A DNA stretch of 63,189 nt, filler included, from Guillardia theta CCMP2712 (Eukaryota > Protista > Cryptophyta): the NCBI RefSeq assembly GCF_000315625.1. It is 3 parts of 3 records of this genome, joined end to end, with 100 filler letters (N's around TTAATTAATTAA, not from the genome) between each part and the next. Parts side by side here need not be neighbours in the genome. Positions count along the whole stretch, not along the records: positions 1 to 30,284 come from NW_005434638.1; 2 more parts are not named here. One strand, written 5' to 3'. The notes under the pieces are model-generated. The model was not told the origin of the DNA. It ran no database searches and saw only the letters and a program-made list of their open reading frames with translations. Position numbers and translations under genes: made by a program. Positions 1-11,045 of this stretch are shown one piece after another (position 1 is the stretch's first letter; every line of letters begins with the position of its first letter).

Positions 1-605
1 TTAGATGCAGCAGTACCTAGCACCTGGCTGATTGGAGAACAAGAGCAGACCCGACCATATGCATGATCCTATCGCGAGGAATAGACACTGTGGGAGCGTG
101 AGGAGGAATCGAGTTGACTATGTAGAAGATATTGACGCAAGAAGAAGGTCACGATCTCAGTATCCGCAGTAATGATCGAAATATTAGTAGAGAGGAGGAG
201 GGAGAGAGGAGGAGGGAGAGAGGAGGAGGGAGAGAGGAGGAGGGAGAGAGGAGGGAGAGAGGAGGGCGAGAGGAGGAGGGAGAGAGGAGGGAGAGGGGAG
301 GAGTCACCTTGTTGACATATGACATGACCATGTCGGGGACGAGGGATATGGCCTGGTCGAACTGTTCAACAGCCTCTTCAAACCTGCTCGGGGACAGCAG
401 CAATCATGCAGGGAGGCAAGAGAAGCATCAATAAGCTTGTCGAGCATGTTTGTAATGTTGTTTCCATCACCTTCCCAGCGCATGCAGGGAGGCTCCGAGG
501 TTGTTGTGGAGCTGAAATTTTGACATCAGAAGCTCTGAGAGTGACGAACGGACCCTTGGTCTCTCCTGTCTGTCCCACTCCGCCCATGAGCATACTACTG
601 GATGA

Positions 606-641
<36 letters not shown>

Positions 642-1983
642 ATCGCCTCACCTGAGCCCAGAAGATTCTTGGGGAAGAAGTTCCACTGGGAGTTCCTTTC
701 GCCGACTCTTGCAGGAGAGACAAGGCTCGTTGTGGGTTTCCTCTGATGGAGAAGCAGCGGAGGAGGCAGCGGCAAGGTAGACGAGGAGGAGGTTGAGGGG
801 GAGGAAACAAGTTGGGGAAGAAAGTCAGAGTGAATCATCTCAAATCCGGAGAGCAGAAGAAGGAAGTTGGAAGAAACAAGACAGCCCAGGAAGAGTGATT
901 GCTTCAAGTAGATCGAAGATGCAGGAGACAACACAAGAAGGATTATGAGGACACAAGGGAGGCAACTGAGGAGACGGAGAGATGGCAAGAGCGGATGCCT
1001 ACCTCTTCCTCTCGATGCTGGCAAGGTTGAAGTAGCTCTCCGCCTGCTCAAGTCACACGATCACGGGAGGAGGAGGAGGAGTAGAAGAAGAAGGCACAAG
1101 GTTCGGCTGGATGGCGATAGCTCGCTTGAAGAGGCCCTGGGCGCCCTTGTGATCGCCTCCTTTCAGCTTCACCGTCCCAAGACCATCGTACACGACTGCC
1201 ATGCTGGGGTTGTGCTGGAGAGCTGAAGCGAGGGTGTCTCTTGCCTGGCGGGAGGGTCAGCAGCCGAACTGGGGAACAGGAAGAAAATGAGGGAGAGCGA
1301 TCGAGAACGTGGAAGAGGAAGAAGACAAGATGGAGGAGGAGGGGAGGAGAGCAGAGGAAGGCGTCTACTTCTCGCAGTCTGTCCATACGGATCAGAATCG
1401 CCGCCATGTTGTATAGCGCCATAGCCTTCTTGTCTCCCGAGCTCGTCCTTGCAGCTGTCTTGTAGCACCTGATGGCAAGAAGGACCTGGTAGAGGATCAG
1501 CAGCTGAGGACACTTCCTGTGCTCGCATCACCTTCCCTTCCTGCTGCATCACAACTCCCGCGTTGATCCAGGCGTCTGAAAACGTCGGGGATCTGCATGA
1601 GCTGCGTCAGCCCTAAGTACTCTTTGTGGGATCCTGAACCTCCGAACCGCCTCGAGCAAAGCGGCTCTTGCTCTCTTCTGCCACCCGAGCTGGCTGCATG
1701 TCAAGGCCAGGTTGTAGAACACGTAGGGAGATCCAGTGGCTGCTGCTTCCTCCCCGAGAGCCTGGCGGAGCGCAAGGAACACCGTCAACTGTGCAAAGAC
1801 GCGACCAAGATTGACCTGCGCAGCCTCCTCCATCCTTCCCTGTTGAACCAGTTGCATGCCAGTCATCCTCTTCCTCCCTGCTTCTTCACTTCTCGCTTCC
1901 ACTCCTCCTCCCCCTCCTCCTCCCCCTCCTCCCCCGCCCGCCATGGCAAGAGCCAGGGCGAGCAGGCAAATGCCATTCTTCAT
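1..1983 (-). CDS. Secreted TPR-repeat protein (multi-exon, runs off the window start)
   Basis: Signal-peptide-like MKNGICLLALALAMA. TPR-like exons: YVFYNLALTCSQLG, DAWINAGVVMQQEG, ALYNMAAILIRMDR, VVYDGLGTVKLKGGDHKGAQGLFKRAIAIQP, RFEEAVEQFDQAISLVPDMVMSYVNK. Confidence 0.75.
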
Positions 1984-2180
1984 GGATGTTCCGGCCGTTA
2001 CATGCGCGCAACATATGCAACGAAATAACCGTCATCGACCACTTGAAGCCGTTTCAGACAGTTACATTCTATAGACTGTCAGTTACATCGTTACTGTCCG
2101 TTTTGGTAGCGGTTATGGCGTAACGAACTGTCTAAAAAAAAAGGCCTCGTGCGGACGACCCGCACGCCCTCCCCGCCGCC

Positions 2181-3588
2181 ATGGTGAGCCGAAAACAGAC
2201 TGCAGCTCATGCTACCACCTCCTCCTGCTGCCTCCTGCCTCCCCTCACTCTCCGTGCTGATGTTACAACTGTCCACATGCTTACATGCTGTGATCTTGCC
2301 ATTTGACTTGTTTCCACTTGTACTCCTGCGGTTTTCTGGTCGTTTTTTGTATCACATGTACTCTGTGAATGCTGAAACGATGTGTGATGAATTCTCCTCT
2401 CCTCCTTCGATCGTCCTTCTACTTCAGTGTAACGAACTACTTGCATCCTTCGCATCCTCACGTTTGTCACTGTCCATCGCTATCTCGAATGTCTACTGCT
2501 ATTTCACCGTGCCCCCCCGTTACTCGTTCTCTCGATGTGTTGTCAGATCTCTTCCATTTCTGTGAAGATGAATCAGAACTCTGTGTTGTGTCTCACAATG
2601 TTTCATTTCACTCTCCTCCCTCCTTCTCTTCCTCTGGAGCGAGTGATCGCAGCCCCTAACATCACTTTCAGGGTGTCGGTATCCGCGCGCAGCGTCGTGG
2701 TGCTGGTTCTGTCTTCAAGTCCCATACCAAGCACAGGAAAGGAGCTGTTTCCCTCCGCACTTTGGACTTTGCTGAGAGGAATGGATACATCAAGGGAGTG
2801 ATCAAGGAGATCATCCACGACCCGGGCCGAGGTGCGCCACTGGCCAAGGTGCAGTTCCGCTCCCCCTACTCGTACAAGGTCGAGAAGGAGCTCTTTGCTG
2901 CTGCCGAGGGCATGTACACCGGTCAGTTCATCTACTGCGGGAAGAAGGCCCAGCTCACCGTTGGCAACGTGCTTCCCCTCTCTGAGATGCCGGAGGGTAC
3001 CGTCATCTGCAACGTTGAGCACGCCGCCGGCAACGGAGGAACCATGGCTCGCGCTTCGGGCGACTACTGCACCATCATGACCCAGGACCCTGACGCCGGC
3101 AAGACCCGCATCAAGCTTCCATCCGGAGCCCGCAAGACTGTCTCCAACAAGTGCCGCGCGATGATCGGAATCATAGCTGGAGGAGGACGTATTGATAAGC
3201 CCATGTTGAAGGCCGGTACCGCGTACCACAAGTACAAGGTGACCATCCTCCTCCTATCCTCCGTTTGCTATCCTCGTCTTTCTTGATTTGTGTGCTCTTA
3301 TGGTGACACTTTCCGTGCAGGCTAAGAGGAACGAGTGGCCCCGTGTTCGTGGTGTCTGTATGAACCCTGTAGAGCATCCCTTTGGTGGTGGTAACCATCA
3401 GCACATTGGTAAGCCCTCCACTGTTCGCCGCGACAAGGCCCACGGTCGCAAGGTAGATGATACTGCGGAATATTGGAAGGAAACTGATGACGTGACAGGT
3501 TGGTCTCATCGCAGCTCGCAGAACTGGTCGTCTTCGTGGAGGAAAGGCCACTGCTGCTCTTGCAGAGAAGGCCAAGGAGAAGAAGTAA
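2181..3588 (+). CDS. RPL8: 60S ribosomal protein L8 (uL2)
   Basis: Exons 2181-2183, 2672-3238, 3321-3452, 3499-3588 with GT-AG introns give [20 protein letters not shown]...[14 protein letters not shown]...[25 protein letters not shown]...[15 protein letters not shown]. Confidence 0.97.
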
Positions 3589-3824
3589 ATTTTGTAGGGG
3601 TTATTCAGGGCTTTCGTGCTTGGGATGCCGTTGCAAGATGGATATTTATTGCTATGCTCTGCTGCTTTTGCCAAGTGGAGATCGACAAGAAGTTTGTTTG
3701 CTACCTGTGTGCTCTTGTTTCGAGCTTTCCGAGTATGAGAAGTTTACTAAAGCACAAAACTATCATCAATGTCTGAACTACTCATCCGTCATCGACATCC
3801 GACACCTCTTCTTGGATCCACACT

Positions 3825-5181
3825 TCAGTTCACCAGCAACCCGCCCCCGTTCTGATGCACTCGTTGCATCACACGCGGGATGATATCTTGAATATCCTCC
3901 CCGCTTACAACTGCTCCTGTTCCGCGCTGGCTCATGATCTTTTCGAGCTCCTCTCTGAAGAAGCAAAAGGGTCGGCAAGTCAAGAGGAAGGAGGAAGCAT
4001 GTTACCTGAAGATGGGCCGCATGGACGCGATCTTGTCTGCTGCAATCCTCTGCCTCTCTGCATCGAGACTCTGAAACATGCTCCCTTGCACGAAGATGCT
4101 TGTGAAAATCTCGAAGAAGCTATAAAACCACATCGTCATTAACACGTTGTTGTAACAATACATAAAGGTCATGAACATAACCGGGAAACTCACTGTCATC
4201 GACACAAGATCACAAAGCTCAAGGGCAGACCTGTCGATGTCTCCTGCAACGATGGACGACTCTTCAGACTCGTGTGACTCTTCAAGCTCCTCGTTGGGTT
4301 CGATCAGATCTCTCCGCACGTCCATGACTTCAGCCTCGTTTTGATACTGCACACGATATGTCCCATCGAGATTCATTCCGGTGATGACTGCGTCTCTAGT
4401 TTCCTCCTTTCCTTCTATCCTGAATGATTTACCGTGTGAAAACCAAGAAGCGGAGAAATCACAATAGCTCAGTACTTCACTTTGACGGCGTCATGTACAG
4501 AGAGGATAGGAAGGAGCACTTCGTCAGAGTTCTCCATCTTCCACCTGACAACGTTCGTGAGGGGGTGGAAGTAGACAGGAAGTCGAAGTGATAAACTCAC
4601 AGCATCAGTCCGATGTTGCCACCTCCTTCCTTGCTCTCTCCGCTGTGAATATCAACGAGGAGGTTCTTGGAGCAGAAAGCAACTGGTCGTTCCTCAGCAG
4701 GGAACGGCGTTCCTTTCACGCTCATCTCGTCATATTTCAGCAGCCACACAGGCCCGTATTCTTCATGCTTGTACATGAGGTGAGCGACGGTGCATCCCCA
4801 CCAGACTTCATCGCTGACACCCTCCTCATCGTCGTTGATCTCCCAGCAGACCTGAAGCCTAGTCTTGTCCACAGCAATCTGCAGTCCACACTTGGACTCA
4901 ACCTCCCTTGCTGCCGCTTCCACATCCAAATCTTCCAGTGTGTTTGTTGTGCGCTGCTCTACATCCTTCGGCTTTTCATCGTCCTTGCCCTTCAAGGCCT
5001 CGTCATTCTCGTCGTAGATCCCATTGGCAGCGTTCTTGCTCGCGTCAGCATCATGCGGGTCACAAGGTTCTTCCTTCCCTCCTCCCGTGGGCTCCTCGAC
5101 ATCGAGACAGCGCGCCTTGCAAGCAGTCCCTTCCTGCTGCTGTTGTTCATCGCTGCAAGCCTCCTCGAGGTTTCGTTTCAT
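3825..5181 (-). CDS. Hypothetical protein with Tudor/SH3-like segments (5' end uncertain)
   Basis: Spliced ORFs 4597-5181, 4002-4376 and a last exon EELEKIMSQRG...LLVN*. Beta-rich motifs EVWWGCTV...WLLKYDE and DAVITGMNLDGTYRVQY resemble Tudor-like barrels. Confidence 0.5.
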
Positions 5182-6226
5182 GCTTACACTGCAAGGAAAT
5201 ACAAGTCACCAAAGCTGCAAAGAAGTGAGCAGCGCACAGATTCCATAAAGCGAAATCAGTCAGTCTGTTTCAGTTTCACTTTGTCTGATGTTCTATCGAG
5301 GAGGAGCGTTGAGAAAGATCGGCTGGTATACACTTTCTTGCAGCATGATGTGCGAGCTACGAATCGAAACACATCTTCGCTTTCCTGATGCATGTGCGGA
5401 AGGTTCCATCTCACTGTCGCTTGCTGTGCTCCCCTAATCCATTACTGTAACCTTCTTTCTGAGCATCTCGATCCACCCATACCCTTAGCCCCTCCTCTGC
5501 CTCTCCTAAGCTTCCAGACAACCTCTCATCCCACATCACTCTTCCTCGCTTTCAACCTGCCTATCTCTTTCCCTCCTTGCTTTCATGCTTGGCGTCCTAG
5601 ATCTGCTCTCAGCTGTGCGCACTCCTCCTCCCTCCTCTTCCTCTTCCATCCTTGTCAGTTGTCCCTCTGACCTTTCGCATGGAGCGAGAACCAGCTACAT
5701 GGCGTCTTCGATCAGCAATGTTGCTGTGCGTTCCTCTCTCCTCTCCCCGCCGTCCTCCTCTGTCTTCCCGTGCTCAATCGCATTCCCGCCTTTTCTCAAA
5801 TTTTTATATCATTCAAAACGAGTCTGCCTCAAGACACAGTGGGCCCCCGCCGGTACGGTCCGATCCTGCCACAGTCACGGCAGAGTCACGGCCCATGATC
5901 GGATCGGGCCGTCGGACCCGGCGTACACTGACTCAGTGACGGTAGTACTAGCCCGAGCCGGGCCCGGTTGGAGTGCGCCGGACGGTCACTCAGATGGGTG
6001 AACTCCGAGGTCGGATCGGAGAGTATTGACTGCACCGTCTTCCTTCAGTCCGAAGTTTCAAGTTACTCCACTTGCTCCTTCTTAGTCTGTTCACGGCCGC
6101 CACTGAGCCGCTCTTTTCCCACCGCCGGGCCCCGGTAATGGTCGGGCCTCGTCAGACGGTCCTCGTCTCCTCACTAAGTTCCTCGAGTCCATCCCAGTGT
6201 CCTCTCGAGTCCTCCTTCTCCCCTTT

Positions 6227-7376
6227 CTACCTCTTCCTGCTTTTCTTCCTCCACCCCTCACTTGTCTCCTGCCGCTCATGGACCCTCCCGAGCAACCGCC
6301 TCAGGGTCTCCTTAGCCGCTGTGCTCCTAGAGCTTGCAAGGCGTCGGTCCGGTGCATCTCCTCCTGCTCGTGCTGAAGACCGTGAGGAGGTCCGGCTAGC
6401 TGCCCTCCTCACGCATTCCGTGCAAGTCCCTCTTCCCGGCTTCTCCGCCGTAGTCCCGATGTCCAGGTCTGCTTGCAAGAGCTCTCCGTAGTTGTCAATG
6501 ACGTCGCAGAAAGCTGTTGCCCCTCCTCTCAGATCTCCTACACGATGCTCTCAATCTTCAAGTACCAGCCGACAACCTCCCCGATCTAGTCATGCAAGTG
6601 CCATTCATGATCGTCGCAAAGCACGCATCCATACTCCCTTCAGGCGCCTCCCATCGCAAATCGACACCTCCACCGTCTAAGCCTGCCCAGCACTCGCTGC
6701 CATCCCTCTTCTCCCCTCCTCAGCTCCCTCCTGGCCCAGCGCTACCATGCGATCCCTGCAAGGCAATAATCCAAAAACATAGCAAGATCACGTCCGCCCC
6801 TGATCAGCTCCTCCCCTGCTTATACCTGCTGCTCCCAGCTCCGCACTCCTTGCATCCCGATCGGACCCGCCCGTGCTCGCATATGCTGCCGCCCCCGCAT
6901 GCCTTACATCCCGATCGGACCCGCCCGTGCTCGCATATGCTGCTGCCCCCACATGCCTTGCATCCCGATCGCTGCCGCCCGTGCTCGCATATGCTGCTGC
7001 CCCCGCATGCCTTGCATCTTGATCGGACCCGCCCGTGCTCGCATATGCTGCTGCCCCCGCATGCCTTGCATACCGATCGGACCCGCCCGTGCTCGCATAT
7101 GCTGCCGCCCCCGCATGCCTTGCATCTCGATCGGACCCGCCCGTGCTCGCATATGCTGCTGCCCCCGCATGCCTTGCATCCCGATCGCCGCCGCCCGTGC
7201 TCGCATACACTCCTTCCTTTCCTTTTCTTCTCTATGTCAGGATCGATTACCTCTGCCTCTCTTCCTGCCTCTCTCGTCTTGTCTGATACCTGCAGCCTTC
7301 TCCTCTTCATCGGCCTGTCGCTGCCTCCTACCGTCATGCTTCGCGCCTCCAAGTCATCCCCCTCATATACCAGCAC
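6227..7376 (-). CDS. Protein with seven 18-aa C-x-H...C-x2-C (CEHG) zinc-binding repeats
   Basis: ORF 6804-7376 has basic NLS-like motifs (KRRRL, KKRKGR) followed by 7x CEHGRxRSxCKACGGxSI. Downstream spliced exons probably continue to about 6227. Confidence 0.75.
6828..7205 (-). repeat. 54-bp coding tandem repeat, 7 units
   Basis: Unit ccgtgctcgcatatgctgc(t/c)gcccccgcatgccttgcat... recurs with a 54-nt period. Confidence 0.95.
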
Positions 7377-8753
7377 CGCCAGCCACCCCCACCCCTAAAA
7401 CTCAGTATAATATGGGGGTACTTTCGTACTAGTGAGTCACAGGGGTAGTCAAATGTTTTTGACCCTGGGGGTGTTTATAGTCAATATAACCGATATTATA
7501 GTCAATATCGCTGACAGCTCTGCATAAGGCAACTTCACTTAGTAGGGGGTGGGGGTCCATAGAATACCATAAGGGGTGGTGATGAGATTAGAATATCTCA
7601 AGTGAAATTACTGGGTGGGGTAGGATACCCCCAGTTGTTGCGGTCAGGGGCCCATACATGTCAATCTACCACCCCACGGGTCCCCCCAGTCCATGACTGC
7701 CGACAGTCACAGACCCCTGTCGATGATTTGCACACCACCGGTGGTTGCCATAATCACGATAATGACCCCTATTGATTACCCCTTGCTGACCCCTTTTGTG
7801 CTGACACCCATCGCTCCACCACCCCCTTCGATGAGGAAGCCAACCCCTACCTCTCCAGTTCCACCACCCCATGTAATCCCCTCAGTGTTTGCCCACCCTA
7901 CCCCCTTCGCTCCAGGGCTCATCACCCCTTCGGACTCGACCACTAGGGACCCCTCATATTTTGTCTATTCTGGCTTCAATTGCTGTCCGACACTCCCACC
8001 CCCTTTCAGATCCTCACCAATACAACTCCACCCCTCCTTCGAACACCCTGTACCCCCACCCTGTACACACAGTTTGTTGGAATCCACTACCCTACCTACA
8101 ATAGTGACTGTCTCTCCACCCACCCTCGGAGTAACAGTGATGATTGTCCACCCCTGCGCCAAGAGCCACCTTTACCCCACCCTTTCTCTACACCCACTCC
8201 ATATAAAATTTGTTTTAGAAGACCACCCTACCCCATTAAAATAAACCCCTCTATAGTTCAATTTTCACCCCCTATTACCCTAGGCACCCTACCCACTAGA
8301 TATACCCCCTACCCCTAGCTTATCTTCCCTCAGCGCTCTCGCATTTTAATGCAGGCTTTCGGCTCCCATCACGCTTCCCCTACCCTTGTTGTGATAGAAT
8401 GGCACGTCCTTCCTTGTTCTCCCACATCCCCAAGCTGAATCTTTCGCATCGATCAACCTGCACTCTTTCTTGTTGCTAGTCTTCTCTTCTGCCTCAGCAT
8501 TGCATGCTCACCCGATCCTCGCTCCTTTAGCCACTCAACGAGATGGCAGTGCATTGCGCAGCACTTGTGCGCATGTCATCTAATCAACAGCCCTGCTGGT
8601 TTGATAGCGATTATCTACACTCTCGTGCATTCCCTATGCGTCCTGCTAGACTGATCTTGACACCTCACAACTAGTCGATATCGCATTTGACGACGCAGAA
8701 ACAACTATATATGGTGTTAATACGTCTCATGATCTATGTATTCCAGGTTAACA

Positions 8754-9900
8754 TGACTGTCTCAAACTTATCGAGTCTCGCCACGCTTCGATTGAAAGCA
8801 TGCCAACCCAAGATAGAATGCTGCGATGAAAATGAATCGTGCAGCTCAAGTGATTCGTACTGCACCAACTACTCTGAACTGTTCGAAAGACACCTCTCGG
8901 TAATCTTTGATAAGAATCTTCATCAAAGATGATTTGACATTCTTGAAAGGATGAATGGTTAAGTTCGAGATGGTTATACAAGATGGTTCAATCCATCACA
9001 GTCATTTACGCCAAATATTTCCACAACTACACGCTTGAAGGAGCTCATCACATTCCCAAGGATGGATCAGCCATGTTTGTTTCACTTCATTCTACTCATA
9101 ACACAGACATACCCATCGCAGCTCTTGTTCCCCAGCGTTATACTGGACGACCAATCCGATGCTTGCTCCACTCGTGGAGCTGGTGGTATCAGAGCATCTT
9201 TATTCGACTTGGAGGAATAGCCGGAACAAGGAAGTCAGTGCGGCAGATTTTTGACTCGAATCTTCTTGCTGCATGCATACCCGGCGGTGTCGAGGAAGCT
9301 TTCCTCCACGTCGCAAGCAACGGAAAGCATGCTTACGAACTCAACTGGACCTCGTTCAGTGGAAATCCTCGCAGGGGGTTTGCGTCGTTAGCACTGGAGA
9401 TGGGTCCCGGCTTCAAGATCATCCCTTGCTTCAACCAGAACTCGGAAGAGATGCGATGGAATCCGTTCTATGAGATCTGGAGCTTCCTCGGGCTGGACTA
9501 CGCGTACGGTCGTGCCATCAGGAGACTTCCCAAGGGGCTGCGAAACTTCTTGTGGAGCAGTGCGCTGGTTGTTTGGGTCACGTTGGGCATTTTCGCTATC
9601 CCCATTCCTGTCAAGGTGACCGGGCACGTTGCCGAGCCCGTCGTGGTGGAGGAGGGGGACACGGTGGAATCCCTTGCGGTGAGAATTGCTGCTGCTGTGA
9701 GTTGAAGTTGGTGACGAGATGCTCTCAGATCCGTGTGAAGGAAAGGTTCGAAGATCTCATCATCTCCAAGCAGGGGAGGCGTCATAGGTGAGCCTTTGCT
9801 GCAGACTTGGAGTGGAAATTTCTCACTGTTAGCTGCCTGCAGGAGTTACTGGCAAGGATTGAAAGAACGTTTTGCGTTCAAGACAGTCAAGTCAGATTAG
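8754..9900 (+). CDS. TMEM68/DIESL-like (PlsC/DAGAT superfamily) acyltransferase
   Basis: FHNYTLEGAHHIPKDG, HxxxxD-like HSTHNTD, PGGVEEA, YELNW...RRGFASLA, IIPCFNQN. C-terminus LKERFAFKTVKSD*. Intron 8900-8949 and two 3' introns. Start codon uncertain. Confidence 0.8.
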
Positions 9901-11045
9901 AGTGTGCAGGTGTAACATAATGTCAGAGAATATGTATAAAGGATTGGTGGTCATTTTCTGTGATGCTCATGAGCATCTCGAATCGTGAAAATGGAATATT
10001 TGGGTACATCAAGACAGACCTTAGCCAACAAGACTTCACTCGTGAAAAATTCAACCATTTCTTAAACACTGCAGCCTTTCGTAACCTTGCAATCTGTCAA
10101 CAGGATTGAACGAACGAGGAAAATCACCTTGTTCAAGCCTTCTCCATCTGTCTTGCATTGACTTGAGTTTTGTTGGAAGACAAACTTGTGTAAGACTTCT
10201 TCTCAAACCACAACATGAAATTCATCTCACCTCCTCTGATTTACATCACCACAAACAATCCTCCATTCTCTACCCCTCAACTGTAGGACCAACTACCCCC
10301 ACTACCCCTACGTTTAGATACTACCCGTTCAATACGCTGCCTTTTTCACATAAAAGTACCGGTATCAAGTGACATTAGACGTACAAACCAAACAAATGTT
10401 CACCACCCCACCCCCTCTGCCCCTTGATCACTTGATAAAGCCTCTACATGCTCAAATCGCGCCGCGTACCCGCGTTGCTGCCTTTCTCCTCCTCTTCCTA
10501 GAGTTCCTTGTCTCTGTTCACCTCCTCCCTCCTCCCTCATCCTGTCCCTGCCAACTCCTCCCATCCGCATGCTACTTCTCTCCCCCCTGCCCTCTTCCTC
10601 AATTTCAACGACACATGGTTTGCCCTATGTCAATCCTCGTCCTCTGCCTCCGGCTACCTCGAGTCACTCTCACATTTCCTGAGTAAACGAAGATGTTCCT
10701 TGCTCACAATGGATGACCCGCTGCTGCGGCTAGCTGTTGCCTCCCCAACCCTGCTGAGCTTTGCGCATTTCCCCTTGGCCCTGAGAGTAGACTAGCATTC
10801 AGGAGTGTCGAACAAGACTTGTTTGCGAGGCTCTGACTTCTTTCCTTCCGCAGGATTGAGAGGACCACGTTCAGCCATCGCAAGTCGTCAAGACGTCATC
10901 GCGCAACCGGGCAGGACAGAAGGCCCTTAGGGTGCCCAATCTCCCACATCCTGCAGCTCAGAATCTTTACCAGCCCCTCTCCCTCTCCTCCGAGACTGTG
11001 GCATACCAGCCCTTCCCTGACTCCCTCCTCAGCCCTCACTCCAGG

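Noticed and set aside
6828-7205. CRISPR-like array
   Set aside because: Units are contiguous 54-bp coding repeats with no unique spacers and no cas genes.
7693-8244. 183-aa Pro/Thr-rich ORF
   Set aside because: Translation of the ACCCC island; no domain or splice support.
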